Assembly (NCBI GenBank): GCA_002633005.1
Contig: NMRA01000399.1
Span: 1-64,000, forward strand
Length of the DNA stretch: 64,000 bases
Source: Phoronis australis
Lineage: Eukaryota > Animalia > Phoronida
Direction of reading: 5' to 3'
The notes below the pieces were generated by a model. It did no database searches. It saw only the letters and a list, made by a program, of their open reading frames with translations, and was not told where the DNA came from. The position numbers and the translations under genes are program-made. Each line of letters starts with the position of its first letter. Positions within the stretch are counted from its first letter, which is position 1. This document shows, one piece after another, positions 14,201-25,560 of the stretch.

Positions 14201-17200
14201 TGGCACAAATACCGTGGAATGCACCATGTATTGTTCATAAAAATATTATTTTTGCTTCTTACATACCACGGAAAGTAATTAATTGATAAGCAAATTACAC
14301 CGCTCATAATTTGTAGCCCCTTCGAGCGCCCCAGAAAAAATCTCAACCAATCAGCGTAAGGTGGTGACATATGACATCATCGTAGCCACAAAAATTACTG
14401 GGAAGCCACACTGGGTAACAGCTGAGTGCCATTTCTTGGACGTTCTGTACTTGTCGATTTCTGGGATAAAATTCTTTTTTGCGTGATGTGCGGGTGTAGA
14501 AATGTCATCGACAATGGGATACATTTGCACAACTTCCCCACCGATCACGTCGTGTGCTGTGCGTGGAATAGATTCGTATCCAGGACAAGGACTGGCGACA
14601 AACTTCCCGATCGGCAAGATCTGTTTTGACTAAATAAAATCTGACTCAGAAATAGTGTCACTAAAAGCTGCACCGCTCTTTGAGTAAGCCAGATTATTTA
14701 CCGGTGTTGGAAGAATTATCGTTATAGGCCTACCGCTCATCTACTGCTAAAATTGAAGTGCGCTCATCGTGTCGGCGTTTCAGTTGCGATTACGTCACCT
14801 GACCTGTACAGTTTCGTTTCCCCCCGGTATATTTTTCTATCAACTGTTCTTTGCTGCCACGAGGTTGCGTACTGTCACAACAAATTGTCGGAACTGGTTT
14901 CATTTCGTTACAAGTTATTAGCATTTTTAGGACCAGCAAACCGAATTTATAACAAACGTTACTGCTGCGAAGCTGCCATCATGTCCCAAAAGAAGTCGTA
15001 AAATTTTAGTACGGCACGTGCCCGTGTCACGAGGGTACTGTTTTCACAACGACAGACTTTCTTTGTTACACCATAGTCTATGGTTACACAACTCAAAAGG
15101 CACAGAGTACATGCTAGAAAATGACGTTTATTAGATTGTTCTTTCCCGTAAACGACTAGCAACGGGCAAGGTGAGCGTCGGAATTGTCTCCCAGATTTTG
15201 CATGTACCCCGGCCGTCGGTCGTTGGCTCTGCGATATAAGTTTCACGACGAGGTGACTAACACAACTCATACCCGGCTTGTATGAGATTCAGTCTATAGT
15301 CTGTGGTTTAAATACCTCAATTCACAGTGTTACCTTGCTGTATTTTGGCGATAATCTTCAAACAGCGAGCTGACTGGGCTACAAAAAAATCTGCAGTGTG
15401 CACTTCGACGTTTCGTGTTACTGTTTCGGCCCAGAAGAGTATAGGGAATCCGGTATATGGCACGATATAGGGTAAAGCATAGACTGGGTAAAGTGAAAAC
15501 GCGCATTTTAAAATGTGTCGGTTATTGACGTTGAAATCGACACATTTAGTTTCGCAACTAAAACCCGCAAAAACTAGCTGATTAAACTACGATCACCGAC
15601 TGGATCGTAACTTTCCGGCAGTGGTACAGCGGACGCGCACTCATTCTCTCCCAGGGCAGTTAGTACGTGGTCCTCCGCCAACCCATGGGTAATGAATACG
15701 GTGCCGCAGGGCAGCCGATCAGGCCTTATATGTGGATGCCATTCTGGGAAACCGCAAAAAATATATATACCAGCATTTTAGTCGGCATCACGACCGCCAA
15801 CGTCTCTGAACTTGAAACCGACACAAATGGCCAATAACCGACACATTTCTCGGAACAGAAAATTACGCACACATACGCAGGTGACACTATGATACCTGCA
15901 GCCCCGCTCCGACCTCGGCAGCGCAGACCCCGCAATTAAGCTGCCGGACCGCCGTCTGGGAAGTTTTCACAGATATTACCGGGACACGACAAGGAACTGT
16001 ATACCGGCCAGCCGGTCGACCCCGATACGTTTGCTTTTTGTTACATTTTCAAAGCACCTTTGAGAAAGCGACACAAATGGCCAATAATCGACACATTTTG
16101 TTGGACTTAGAAAATTTTGCACATAGGCGTAGACAGACCTGCAGACGGACTGTAGCGCCCCGGTTGCGGCCAGCCCAGACCCGCATCCCGACTGCAGTGG
16201 ACTGCGTGACCCGCCGTCTGGGGACTTTTTGCAGATAGCCGGGACACGACTAGGGACCTGTATCCCAGCTCGCCTCTCGACCCGCTATGTTTGCTTACCT
16301 TTGTTATGTTTTCAAGGCTTCTTTGAGAAAGCGACACAAATGGCCAGTAAACGACACATTTCTAGGGACTTATAAAAATTTTCCACACAACGTTTCTGAA
16401 AGCGACACAAATGGCCAATAATCGACACATTTATTGAGACTTAGAAAGTTTGTCAATGTGACGTTTCTGAGTCCCATTTAGCGCCGAAAAAACTTAAGGT
16501 GGCCCTCGTACTAATCATCTTAGTTGTGACCCGAGAGGTACAATCTGTTGCCACAGGAAACTTACCTTTCGGTGACGGGTGCAGATTTCAAATCACAGAA
16601 TTTCAAAATTACATCTATTAGAGACGACAAAGTTAAGATATTACGACACATATCTTGACACTTCCCCTTGCATGTAATATCTTACTATTCGCTGTGCCAC
16701 GATAGCCTAGCGTCACTGAAGTCAGTAGCGCGGTCTCAGTGGAGACCTCTTACTCAATCTAACATCAAACGCTTATTCACAAAGACATCGGGGCGCAGTG
16801 AACCAATTAAAGTACAGGGTCCCTGCGTGCGGAGCGGGATGAATGGAGATTCGTCGGATCCCCTGCGACATACTGGTGGAATGCGTGTACCAGAGAACTA
16901 ATCTGTTTGTAGTCGCTCCGTGACAATTACGGGATTATGTCGAGGCTTAGGTCTAAGGCGGCGAATGGCCCAAGATTTTTCGCACTTGGGTCAGAGAAAT
17001 TTCTAAATCCAAGAAATGTGTCGTTTACTGGCCATTTGTGACGCTTTCTCAAATAAGGATCGAGCCTTGAAAACATGAGGTAAGCAAACGTATCGGGGTC
17101 GATCAGCAGGCCGGAATGTTCCGGCTATCTGTGAAAAGTCCCCAGACGGCCGTTCACGGGGTCAAGTCGAACTGCGGGATCTGCGCTGGCCGAGGCCGGA

Positions 17201-20200
17201 GCGCGCGGCAGTCCCCTTGGAAGTCTGCCCCTGCGTATGAACGAAATCTTCTAAGTACCTAGAAACGTGTCGATTATTGACCATTTGTGTCGCTTTCAGG
17301 AACGTTGCGTTGAAAAATTATCGAAGTCCCATGAAATGTGTCGTTTATTGGCCATTTTTGTCACTTTGGCTATCTGCGAAAAGTCCCCATACAGCGGTCC
17401 ACGGCTGTCAAGTCCCGCGGCCTGCGGGGTCTGCCCTGCCGAGGTGCAGAGCGCAACAGGTCTCTCCCTGCGTATGGCGAAATGTGTCGATTATTGGTCA
17501 TTTGTGTCGCTTTCTCAAAGGTGCTTTGAAAATGTAACAAAGTAAAGAAAACGTAGCGGGGTCGATCGGCAGGCCGGTATACAGTCCACAGTCTTATCCC
17601 AACTACCCGTGAAAAGTCTCCAGACGGTGGTCTACGCGGTCATGTACGGCAACCTTCGGGGTCTGCGCTGCCGAGGCTGGAGCGGGGCTGCAGGTCTGTC
17701 CTCTGTGCATTGGTGCGAAATTTTCTAAGTTCCGAGAAATGTGTCGATTATTGGCCATTTGTGTCGCTTTCTCAAGGAGTCTTGAAAATATAACAAAGGT
17801 AAGCATACAGCGAGGTCGATTGGCGGGCCGGGATACAGAGTCCCTAGTCGTGTCCCGGCTATCTGTGAAAACTCCCCAGACGGCGGTCCACGCTGTCAAG
17901 CTCGGTATCCTGCGGGGTCTGCGGTGCCGAGGCCGGAGCGCTGCAGCTAGGTCTGTCCCTGCGTATGTGCAAAATTTTCTAAGTCCCAAGAAATGTGTCG
18001 ATTATTGGCCATTTGTGTCACTTTCAGAAACTTTGAGTTGAAAAATTTTGCGAGTACAAAGAAATGTGTATATGACTATCGACGCCGGAGCGCGGAATCC
18101 GTATCGGTCGGAGCCTGACCAGCGGAAGACACGGGGTGCGCTTCCATACTGGCCAGTGGAAGACAGGGGGCACACGGGTACGTTCTCATTGACGGAGCGG
18201 AGCCGGCACCGATTTGTGGTTTGCGGACTTTTGTTTCTCTCAGCATGATTTGGAAGTTTCCGCGGGTTTTGGTCGCGAAACGAAATGTGTCGATTTCACC
18301 CGCAATAATCGACACATTTTAAAATGCGCGTTTTCATTATACCCTATATCGTGCCACTGTTGGATAATCCAGCCCAAATCCGGAATATTCTGTCTGATTT
18401 GGGTCCTTCCCGTAGGCCTAACGGAATTCTGATACTGAATTTAAAACGTTCAATTGGTTACAAATTCTTATAATTAGGTATGTTTTCATGCAATCCAGAC
18501 TTTATTTCGTAGTTTTAATTTTTTACAGACACTCACAATGTTGTGTTGCTATTAAATTTTCAATTTTTTTAGGTTGACCGAGTAAAAATGTCGGCGATTA
18601 GGCTACAGGTTGCAGCATTTCAAGGCGATTTATTTTGGAAATTGAGTTTCGAATCTAAAGTTTTCAATGAATTTGATTACAATTGGGTTGTACGAAAACA
18701 TCAAGCTGATATGTATTGTAACGTTTCCAAGTATTTTACACCAAATTAAGCGGCCTGTTGTCGCCTATACCAATACGGGGACACACACTCGACAGCCACC
18801 CGCAGGCCTATTGGAATGGCGCAGCGTTCACGCCTTCAGCTTTAAAAAGACGGGAATGCAAAGCTCCTGACATTAAAGTTTTTATATCAAGCAAATTACT
18901 CTTTATAATAAACATTGTGAAATGGCTGATAACAATTCAGACGAAGCGTTTTGTTTTTTCCGGCGGTTTCGACGGCCCCAGTCACACTCCCGGGGATTCC
19001 CATACCGCCGTATTGGAATGTGTGCTAAATAATTGAATAAAAAATTCTAAAGATAATGATTTTAATATTGTCTGACATGAAATGAAACATTAATGTGTTT
19101 CCCTGATTTTCCACGTATTTTGCACTAAATTAAATGGCCAGTCATTGCTGATTCCAATACTGTGGAGACCCCTTGAAAGACAAATTCGTGGTAACAGGAA
19201 GAGATAACCAGTCCTGGTTATCTCTTCGTGGTGGTAACGATAATGTCATTGACTTCGATTGGCGCGAGCGCCATCTCAAGTTTTTTTTTTGCGCCAAATG
19301 GGGTTCGCGATGGGGCTACTGTATTGTCGAAGGCCTATTTAATTAACGACTAGGGTATGCCATGACAGAGTATTTTGATGTTTTTTATCAATAAATGTAT
19401 TTTAGATGTAAAAATAATTATTTTGGCACCATACTTGACCATTAAGTGACTTATCTTGATAAGTGACTTATCTTGATAAATGACTTATCTTGATAAGTCA
19501 CTTATCTTGAAACAGGGCTCTGGTCTCAACCAATAAAAAGACTCAGTTCTTTACAATCCTAGAAATAAATCAAGTATAGCTTACAACAATTAATTTGAGA
19601 ACAAATTTCAATTGTTAAGTAAGGTGGCTCAAATCAAAAGTTTTTGACTAAAGACTGGTTTGTTCTTTAGACATGTACATACTTTTCTATTTCTGAATCC
19701 TTGGTAGCAGTGCTATTGTTAAAATACCACGCCAAGAAGCTCTTGAATTACACACAAAAATAATAACCAAAATTGCATTTTTTAACAGCTGACTACGTTC
19801 TTTATGTTTTGTAAATATTACGAATGTTTTTTTCTGCTATGTAGTTCATGCTTACAATGAAACACATAATTAAATATTTGTTTTTGTTGACAGATTTTGC
19901 TGAATTTTTTACTTGTTTGCCATTTTAATTGTGTACAAAGTTGAAGAATTCTGTTGCAGGCATGACTGAAGGTAAAGTTGTCAAAGAACTGCAGAAGGAG
20001 GGCATTGAGTGTCTCTTTACCAATTTATTTCTTCAAAACACTTTAAGTTTGCTGAAGGGTAATCGGGCACGTTTCGCAGGCGATCTTAAGAATGAGGAAT
20101 ATGCCCGCCGGTATCCACTAATGAACCTCCTCGGGTTTTTGAACTTTAGAGCAAGTGATGGACGACATGAAGACATGTTTAAGGACATTCTTAAGGAGAA

Positions 20201-21671
20201 ACCTGGTAACTTGCTTGCTTTACTCAATTTGGTGTTCCTTACTGAACACTTGGGTTCGTTAGAAGCAGCTAGAAACCATAGAAAAGAAATAGTATGCATT
20301 CTGGGCTCTAGAAATGGATCTGCACATATGGCACGTGCCAAGTATGAACTGGCAGAGATTTTGACAGCTGTTGATGCTCACAAACAAATGGGTGGAGAGA
20401 AAATTGTTGAACGCCTGTTTGAAGAGGCATTGAGGTGTGAAGATATTGGCGATGACGAGAAAAGGGAATGGAAATTTGGATTTGCTTTTTTCTACTTTAA
20501 AATGGACAGTTGGAAAGGACAGTACTGTGAAAAGTACTTTGTCAAGGCCATGGTAGGCTTCTATGGCATTGTAACACAACCATCAGAAGAGGTTACCAAA
20601 CAGAGGTCACCTCGAGTGCTTCAGAGATTGAATGATATGATATCAAAAGGATGGTGTTTCATTGGGAACATGCTCTCCAGATGGGAAAGAAAGGCAAACT
20701 ACAGAGTGCTGTCTGATGTACCGGAAGTGAGAGACAGATGTACGACTGATCATGCCAGATTTACCTTGACTGATTGTCTTCTTCAGGCAAAAGAGAATTG
20801 GATGGAGCAAAATAAGGCTATGATTTCAAGACGTATCGGTGTTGCCTTTTTAAAGGTTAATATGACATATGCAAGGGAGTACATCCATAAAGCACTCAAA
20901 TTAAAGAGAGATGGTTACGGATGCAGTTTGTTGGGAAGGTACAATCTTAAAATGTACAAGGATGGCGAAGGAGATGACTATCTTGATCAAGCAATAAATA
21001 GTTTCAGTGAGGCAGAAAAGACATATGAGTGCGATCTGTGGCACTGCTACCGTGATTATGCCGAGTGTCTTTTCCATAAAGGGAAATATCTGGATGCTCT
21101 TGTTAAATGTAAGAAGTCTGAAGACTGCGGTGGTACCCATGATAATAGCCTGTATTGTCTGTGGGCAGAGATTCTAGAAAAACGTGGAGATCAAGAGGGG
21201 GCATTGAAGAAAAGAAGTCAAGGTGAGCGGGTAAAATCTGGCGACTTCAGCGAAAAATACACCATTGGTTGGCTTTATTGCGACGAGGATGCAAGTAAGA
21301 TTGGGCACTTGACTATGCGTTTAGAAGACCGTAAAGACTGCATTATTACCATATTTTATGTTACTCGAGACATGGTGGGTGGAGGACAGGAGAGTCTTGA
21401 ACCATGGGAAGAAATAGACAAGAAATGCCAGTGGATACTGGTCTACTGCAGTGTTGCCTTTGATAAAAGCGAAGGCATAGCCAAGAAAACTCTTCCCGGA
21501 ATCATTCAGAGCAGAAGTCGTGCTGGGAAACTAGAGACTATAGTTACCGTTCTTGAAAGTGAAATCCAAGTGCCTCATCTGATTCTTAAGAACAACAAGA
21601 CACTTAAAGTTGACGACCCCAGTTTGTTTTGTGATGAAGTCGAGAGGCTTGTGAACAGAGAGATGAAGTAG
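7960..21671 (+). CDS. Spliced gene encoding a DED - linker - TTC22-like TPR - TIR-like protein (~712 aa); putative innate immune/death signalling protein
   Basis: Exons are 7960-8248 (ATG...GTATGT donor, phase 1), 10564-10701 (CAG acceptor, GTTTGT donor, 138 nt, phase 1-1, open frame) and 19960-21671 (TTGCAG acceptor, in frame, TAG). The total of 2139 nt is 713 codons with no internal stop. Splice linkage is inferred, not transcript-supported. Confidence 0.72.
10564..10701 (+). CDS. Ser/Gly-rich linker exon of the DED-TPR-TIR gene
   Basis: GC-richer 138-nt island bounded by CAG/GT. It reads (K)SANATGRLPLSRDSSLTSAGDSAQVKEHNSRSSASEYGGRRGHSN(G), in phase with both flanking exons. Confidence 0.6.
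11411..14225. mobile_element. Non-autonomous DNA transposon with an 18-bp TIR, a 4-bp TSD and repeated internal motifs
   Basis: GGTGCATTCCACAGTATT ... AATACCGTGGAATGCACC, flanked by ATGT on both sides. GTTACAGATGTGAC occurs about 8 times in both orientations. Confidence 0.8.
12415..13310. mobile_element. Nested degraded inverted-repeat element inside 11411-14225
   Basis: TGTTCCATCGAAATTGG...CAAAACAGCTAACCAGCCCGAAAAACAAACCC is mirrored by GGGTTTGTGTTTTTCGGGCTGGTAAGCTGTTTTG...CCAGTTTTGATGGAACA. Confidence 0.55.
15458..18359. mobile_element. Foldback-like DNA transposon with ~1-kb modular inverted arms
   Basis: Termini TGGCACGATATAGGGTA / TACCCTATATCGTGCCA(CTG). GACACAAATGGCCAATAATCGACACATTT occurs 4 times on the left arm and its reverse complement about 6 times on the right arm, within GC-rich ~250-bp modules. 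Confidence 0.8.
18360..19445. mobile_element. Terminal part of a TTAA-bounded DNA transposon (same family as 1-388)
   Basis: 19022-19445 is homologous to 1-388. The left extent is uncertain. Confidence 0.5.
19443..19519. repeat. 17-bp minisatellite (TAAGTGACTTATCTTGA x ~4), probably a MITE remnant
   Basis: Visible tandem units ending in CTTGAAACAGGGC. Confidence 0.75.
19960..21671 (+). CDS. Large terminal exon: TTC22-like tetratricopeptide repeat region plus C-terminal TIR-like domain
   Basis: Part of a 580-codon ORF. The motifs NLLGFL..., PGNLLALLNLVFL, LFEEAL...EKREWKFGFA..YFKMD and KGWCFIGNMLSR parallel TTC22 as recalled (PGNLNAWANLAHVY, LYDKAL...EEKRGWYFTMATLYIRLD, LAWCYLGMLLER). From ~21255, YTIGWLYCDEDA...RLE, RDMVGG, IDKKCQWILVYCSVAFDKSE, IVTVL and VPHLI follow TIR strand/helix order. 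Confidence 0.88.
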
Positions 21672-21744
21672 GCCGCGGTCATCTATGTACCGTGCACTGC
21701 AGAAATTATCATTGGCAAAAATGATGTTAAGTTCCCTGTCATGA

Positions 21745-22004
21745 CAGTAGTTGAGTGCTGGTGGCATTGCCTGTGGATACAGTTGAATGCTGTTAGTATT
21801 GCCAGTCGTTACAGTTGAATGCGGTGGTATTGCCTGTGGTTCCAGTTGAATGCTGGTGGCATTACCGGTCGTTACACTTGAATGCTTGTGGCATTGCCTG
21901 TGGATACAGTTGAATGGTGTTGGTATTGCCAATCGTTACAGTTGAATGCAGTGGTATTGCCAGTCGTTACATTTGAATGCTGGTGGTATTGCCAGTCATT
22001 ACAG
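21745..22004. repeat. ~30-bp minisatellite directly 3' of the TIR stop codon
   Basis: ACAGTTGAATGCTGGTGGTATTGCC(AGTCGTT/TGTGGAT) repeated about 8 times. Confidence 0.85.
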
Positions 22005-22543
22005 CCAAGTGTGGGTGGACTTCACCATGAGTGTGGCTGGAAGGTCTTGCCTTAATGGGACACGACAAGTGCGTGAAAGTGGCTGAAATTGGGCTTGGTA
22101 ACCAGTTAGCCAATGATTTTCATAGGCCTTTGGCGGTGCCCTCATATGAACACGCCGAAATTGAAATGAGGGGCTGAATAATTTTAGAGCTGTGATTCAC
22201 CTTAAAGCTTCCAAGATCCGCTATTGGCTTGACAGAGATGACGGCATATTGCGTCCACATATAAATATGTGGGCGCATTATGCCGTCATCTCTGTCCGTC
22301 CGTCCGTCCGGGCGGCGTCCATCCGGCGTCCGCTGCTCTATCTCCAAAACCCTTTGACATACGTTCATGAAATTTGGCACATATGTTCCATTCATGAATG
22401 GGACGGCATGTGCGAACTTTCGGACGGATCCGACTACCGGTGTGCCCCCTAGTGGCAGTTTTAGTTTTTTACGCTTACCTTTGTATCTTCAAAAGTCCTG
22501 AACGGATTTTCATGAAATTTGGTATGTAGGCACCTAGTAGTGA

Positions 22544-23412
22544 GNNNNNNNNNNNNNNNNNNNNNNNNNNNNNNNNNNNNNNNNNNNNNNNNNNNNNNNN
22601 NNNNNNNNNNNNNNNNNNNNNNNNNNNNNNNNNNNNNNNNNNNNNNNNNNNNNNNNNNNNNNNNNNNNNNNNNNNNNNNNNNNNNNNNNNNNNNNNNNNN
22701 NNNNNNNNNNNNNNNNNNNNNNNNNNNNNNNNNNNNNNNNNNNNNNNNNNNNNNNNNNNNNNNNNNNNNNNNNNNNNNNNNNNNNNNNNNNNNNNNNNNN
22801 NNNNNNNNNNNNNNNNNNNNNNNNNNNNNNNNNNNNNNNNNNNNNNNNNNNNNNNNNNNNNNNNNNNNNNNNNNNNNNNNNNNNNNNNNNNNNNNNNNNN
22901 NNNNNNNNNNNNNNNNNNNNNNNNNNNNNNNNNNNNNNNNNNNNNNNNNNNNNNNNNNNNNNNNNNNNNNNNNNNNNNNNNNNNNNNNNNNNNNNNNNNN
23001 NNNNNNNNNNNNNNNNNNNNNNNNNNNNNNNNNNNNNNNNNNNNNNNNNNNNNNNNNNNNNNNNNNNNNNNNNNNNNNNNNNNNNNNNNNNNNNNNNNNN
23101 NNNNNNNNNNNNNNNNNNNNNNNNNNNNNNNNNNNNNNNNNNNNNNNNNNNNNNNNNNNNNNNNNNNNNNNNNNNNNNNNNNNNNNNNNNNNNNNNNNNN
23201 NNNNNNNNNNNNNNNNNNNNNNNNNNNNNNNNNNNNNNNNNNNNNNNNNNNNNNNNNNNNNNNNNNNNNNNNNNNNNNNNNNNNNNNNNNNNNNNNNNNN
23301 NNNNNNNNNNNNNNNNNNNNNNNNNNNNNNNNNNNNNNNNNNNNNNNNNNNNNNNNNNNNNNNNNNNNNNNNNNNNNNNNNNNNNNNNNNNNNNNNNNNN
23401 NNNNNNNNNNNN
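22544..23412. other. Assembly gap (second gap at 1043-1186; single-N joins at 37614, 41733 and 44805)
   Basis: Runs of N. Confidence 0.99.
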
Positions 23413-24326
23413 TATGCCTCTAGTGGCAATTTTAGTATTTGCCTCTAGTGGCAATTTTAGTATTTTACATTGACCTCTGTATTTTCATAGGTCTTCAGGT
23501 GTATACTTTGTGTTACTTCGTGACTGTGAAGGAAAAGTTCCAAGTAGAAATTTGTTTCTGGCATTCTAATGCTGTGCTAATCTCGTATGTTGGTAAATTT
23601 TTAATTCTATGTTTCTGTGGTGCTTTAAGCAACTGGTTTATAGGATGTGCTTGTATTATGAAGATTACTCACATTTTGCCCCTAGCCTATTGAGGAGACA
23701 ATGACCATGCCTTTCCATTTTGCAAAGTATTCCCTCTTCTGGCCACTTTATGGTACCAATAAACAACCCTAGAAGGATACCGTATGCGGTGCAATTGTGG
23801 GCGCATTTCAACGCTCCGCGTTGCTCTTGTATTTACTATTGGCTTGTAAGTCAATGTATACTCACTTGAAACGGGTCCACTTCTTCTGTGTTTTGCAGGG
23901 GAATGCTGACAATCCATGTACATAAATTGTCATCCGTGTCCTGTGCTGTCCACTACTTGGTGAATTGAAATTTCTCCAAGTCTGTCATAAAGTTGTTTTT
24001 TTGGTTAATTTCTTTGTTTGCAAGCTACACGTCAGATTTCATATTTAGTCAACATGGAATTTACGACTAACTTGGCTCGTAGATTTTTAATTAAAATCGA
24101 AAGTGAGATTGCATTGTTGCGGCCATTTTTCACTATTTTGGTTTGCGGAGCTATGGCCCCGTTGTTCTTGGGGAATTTTTCTGAGACTAGCACATTTCAT
24201 AGGTTATTGGAAGTGCGTCATTTGTTTTTCTCTAAGACTTACTATTCTGGAGTTTGATATGTTACTATTACTGCTCACCATGCAATTAGTATGCAGATAG
24301 CATTATCAACATGGTGAAGTCTGTTT

Positions 24327-24775
24327 CAAGGTACCTAAGCCTACACGGTCAACGGACTCATAAACACGGGCACGGACGCATGAACACGACTCACGGACCT
24401 GCAAACACCGTCCTGACTCACAAACACGGGAACGGACTCACAAAACACGATCCACGCACCCAAATACACGGGACACGGACTCGTATTCACGAGGAAACAC
24501 GATTAACGGACCGCCAAACACGGGTCATGGATTCATCGGCTTCCTGGGTCAGCTGACATCTCCATTTTGTCCGTAAACCGTTTTCGGCGGTCCGTTAACC
24601 GCGTTTCCTCGGAAATATGAGTCCGTGTCCCATGTATCTGAGTGCGTGGATCTTGTTCTGTGAGTCCGTTCCCGTGTTTGTGAGTCAGTGGACGGTGTTT
24701 GCGGTCCGTGAGTCGTGTTCATGCGTCCGTGGGCAGTGTTTATGAGTTCGTTAACCTTGTAGTTTAGGTACCTTG
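24327..24775. mobile_element. Palindromic MITE (~450 bp, nearly all inverted repeat)
   Basis: CAAGGTACCTAA...TTAGGTACCTTG termini, ~190-bp mirrored arms (ACGGACTCACAAACACGGG-type modules), flanked by TGTTT direct repeats. Confidence 0.85.
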
Positions 24776-25560
24776 TGTTTCACACTATGACTTCTAGAGA
24801 TTTACTACTTGACTGTTCTTTTATTGACTTATTCCTAAGTGCACTTTGTTGGCCTTTCTTATATCTACTTTTGCTTGAGATTCCATTTTTTGTGTGATAA
24901 GTGTGAAATTTATGTACAGTATTAATGTAGTCAACAGCTCAAAGACTTTCGGTTTGAGGCAAAAGTGGATGCAAGGTGGCGTTTTGATTGTCTATTTTCA
25001 AATTGTTTAGGTCCATAATTCTTTGGCTTAATGTTTTCAACTTTGAGGTCTACTCAGGTATTTTCTGCCGAGCGTGGTTAGTTTGCTGCTGCAACTTGTC
25101 GTCTTTGAGTTTTTCTGATTTGATGACTCTTTTATTGATTGAAACCTCACTTCATTTCAGTAATTTATCGGCGTCAGGGTGTTTGCATCATAGTTCAGCT
25201 CTCTTTTTAAGTGTTCCATTTCACCAAGTGTCCGTCTTCAGAGCACCATTTTTGTTTCACAAGTGGTGTATGTTACCAGTGATTATTTATTACTTTGATG
25301 TGACCTCCTGTGTGCGGTGTTTCATGTGTGTTTTTATTTTATATATTGGTGATAATAATACATATCTGCATAGGTGAGGATTGTGCCTGTGACATTGAGT
25401 CATTTAATCCGTCTGTAAAGAGGTATGTGCACACTGGACAAGGTAGTTTAACCTTGGAAAACAAGTTTACCAAAGTTTTGCCAATTAGAACAATACCTGT
25501 GGTAGTTGCAAGACCTAACTCAGCCAAAATGCAGTATCTGTTGTGAACGAGCACAGATCA

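Noticed and set aside
15726-18432. Cluster of 66-128 aa ORFs with repeated CRLLAICVAF / KATQMANNRH motifs
   Set aside because: Translations of the non-coding foldback repeat modules on both strands.
20033-21932. Antisense ORFs over the TPR-TIR exon (and likewise over SURF6 at 51168-51813)
   Set aside because: Shadow frames of real coding exons.
22461-23454. Long ORFs of 306-322 aa
   Set aside because: Artefacts of translating through the N gap.
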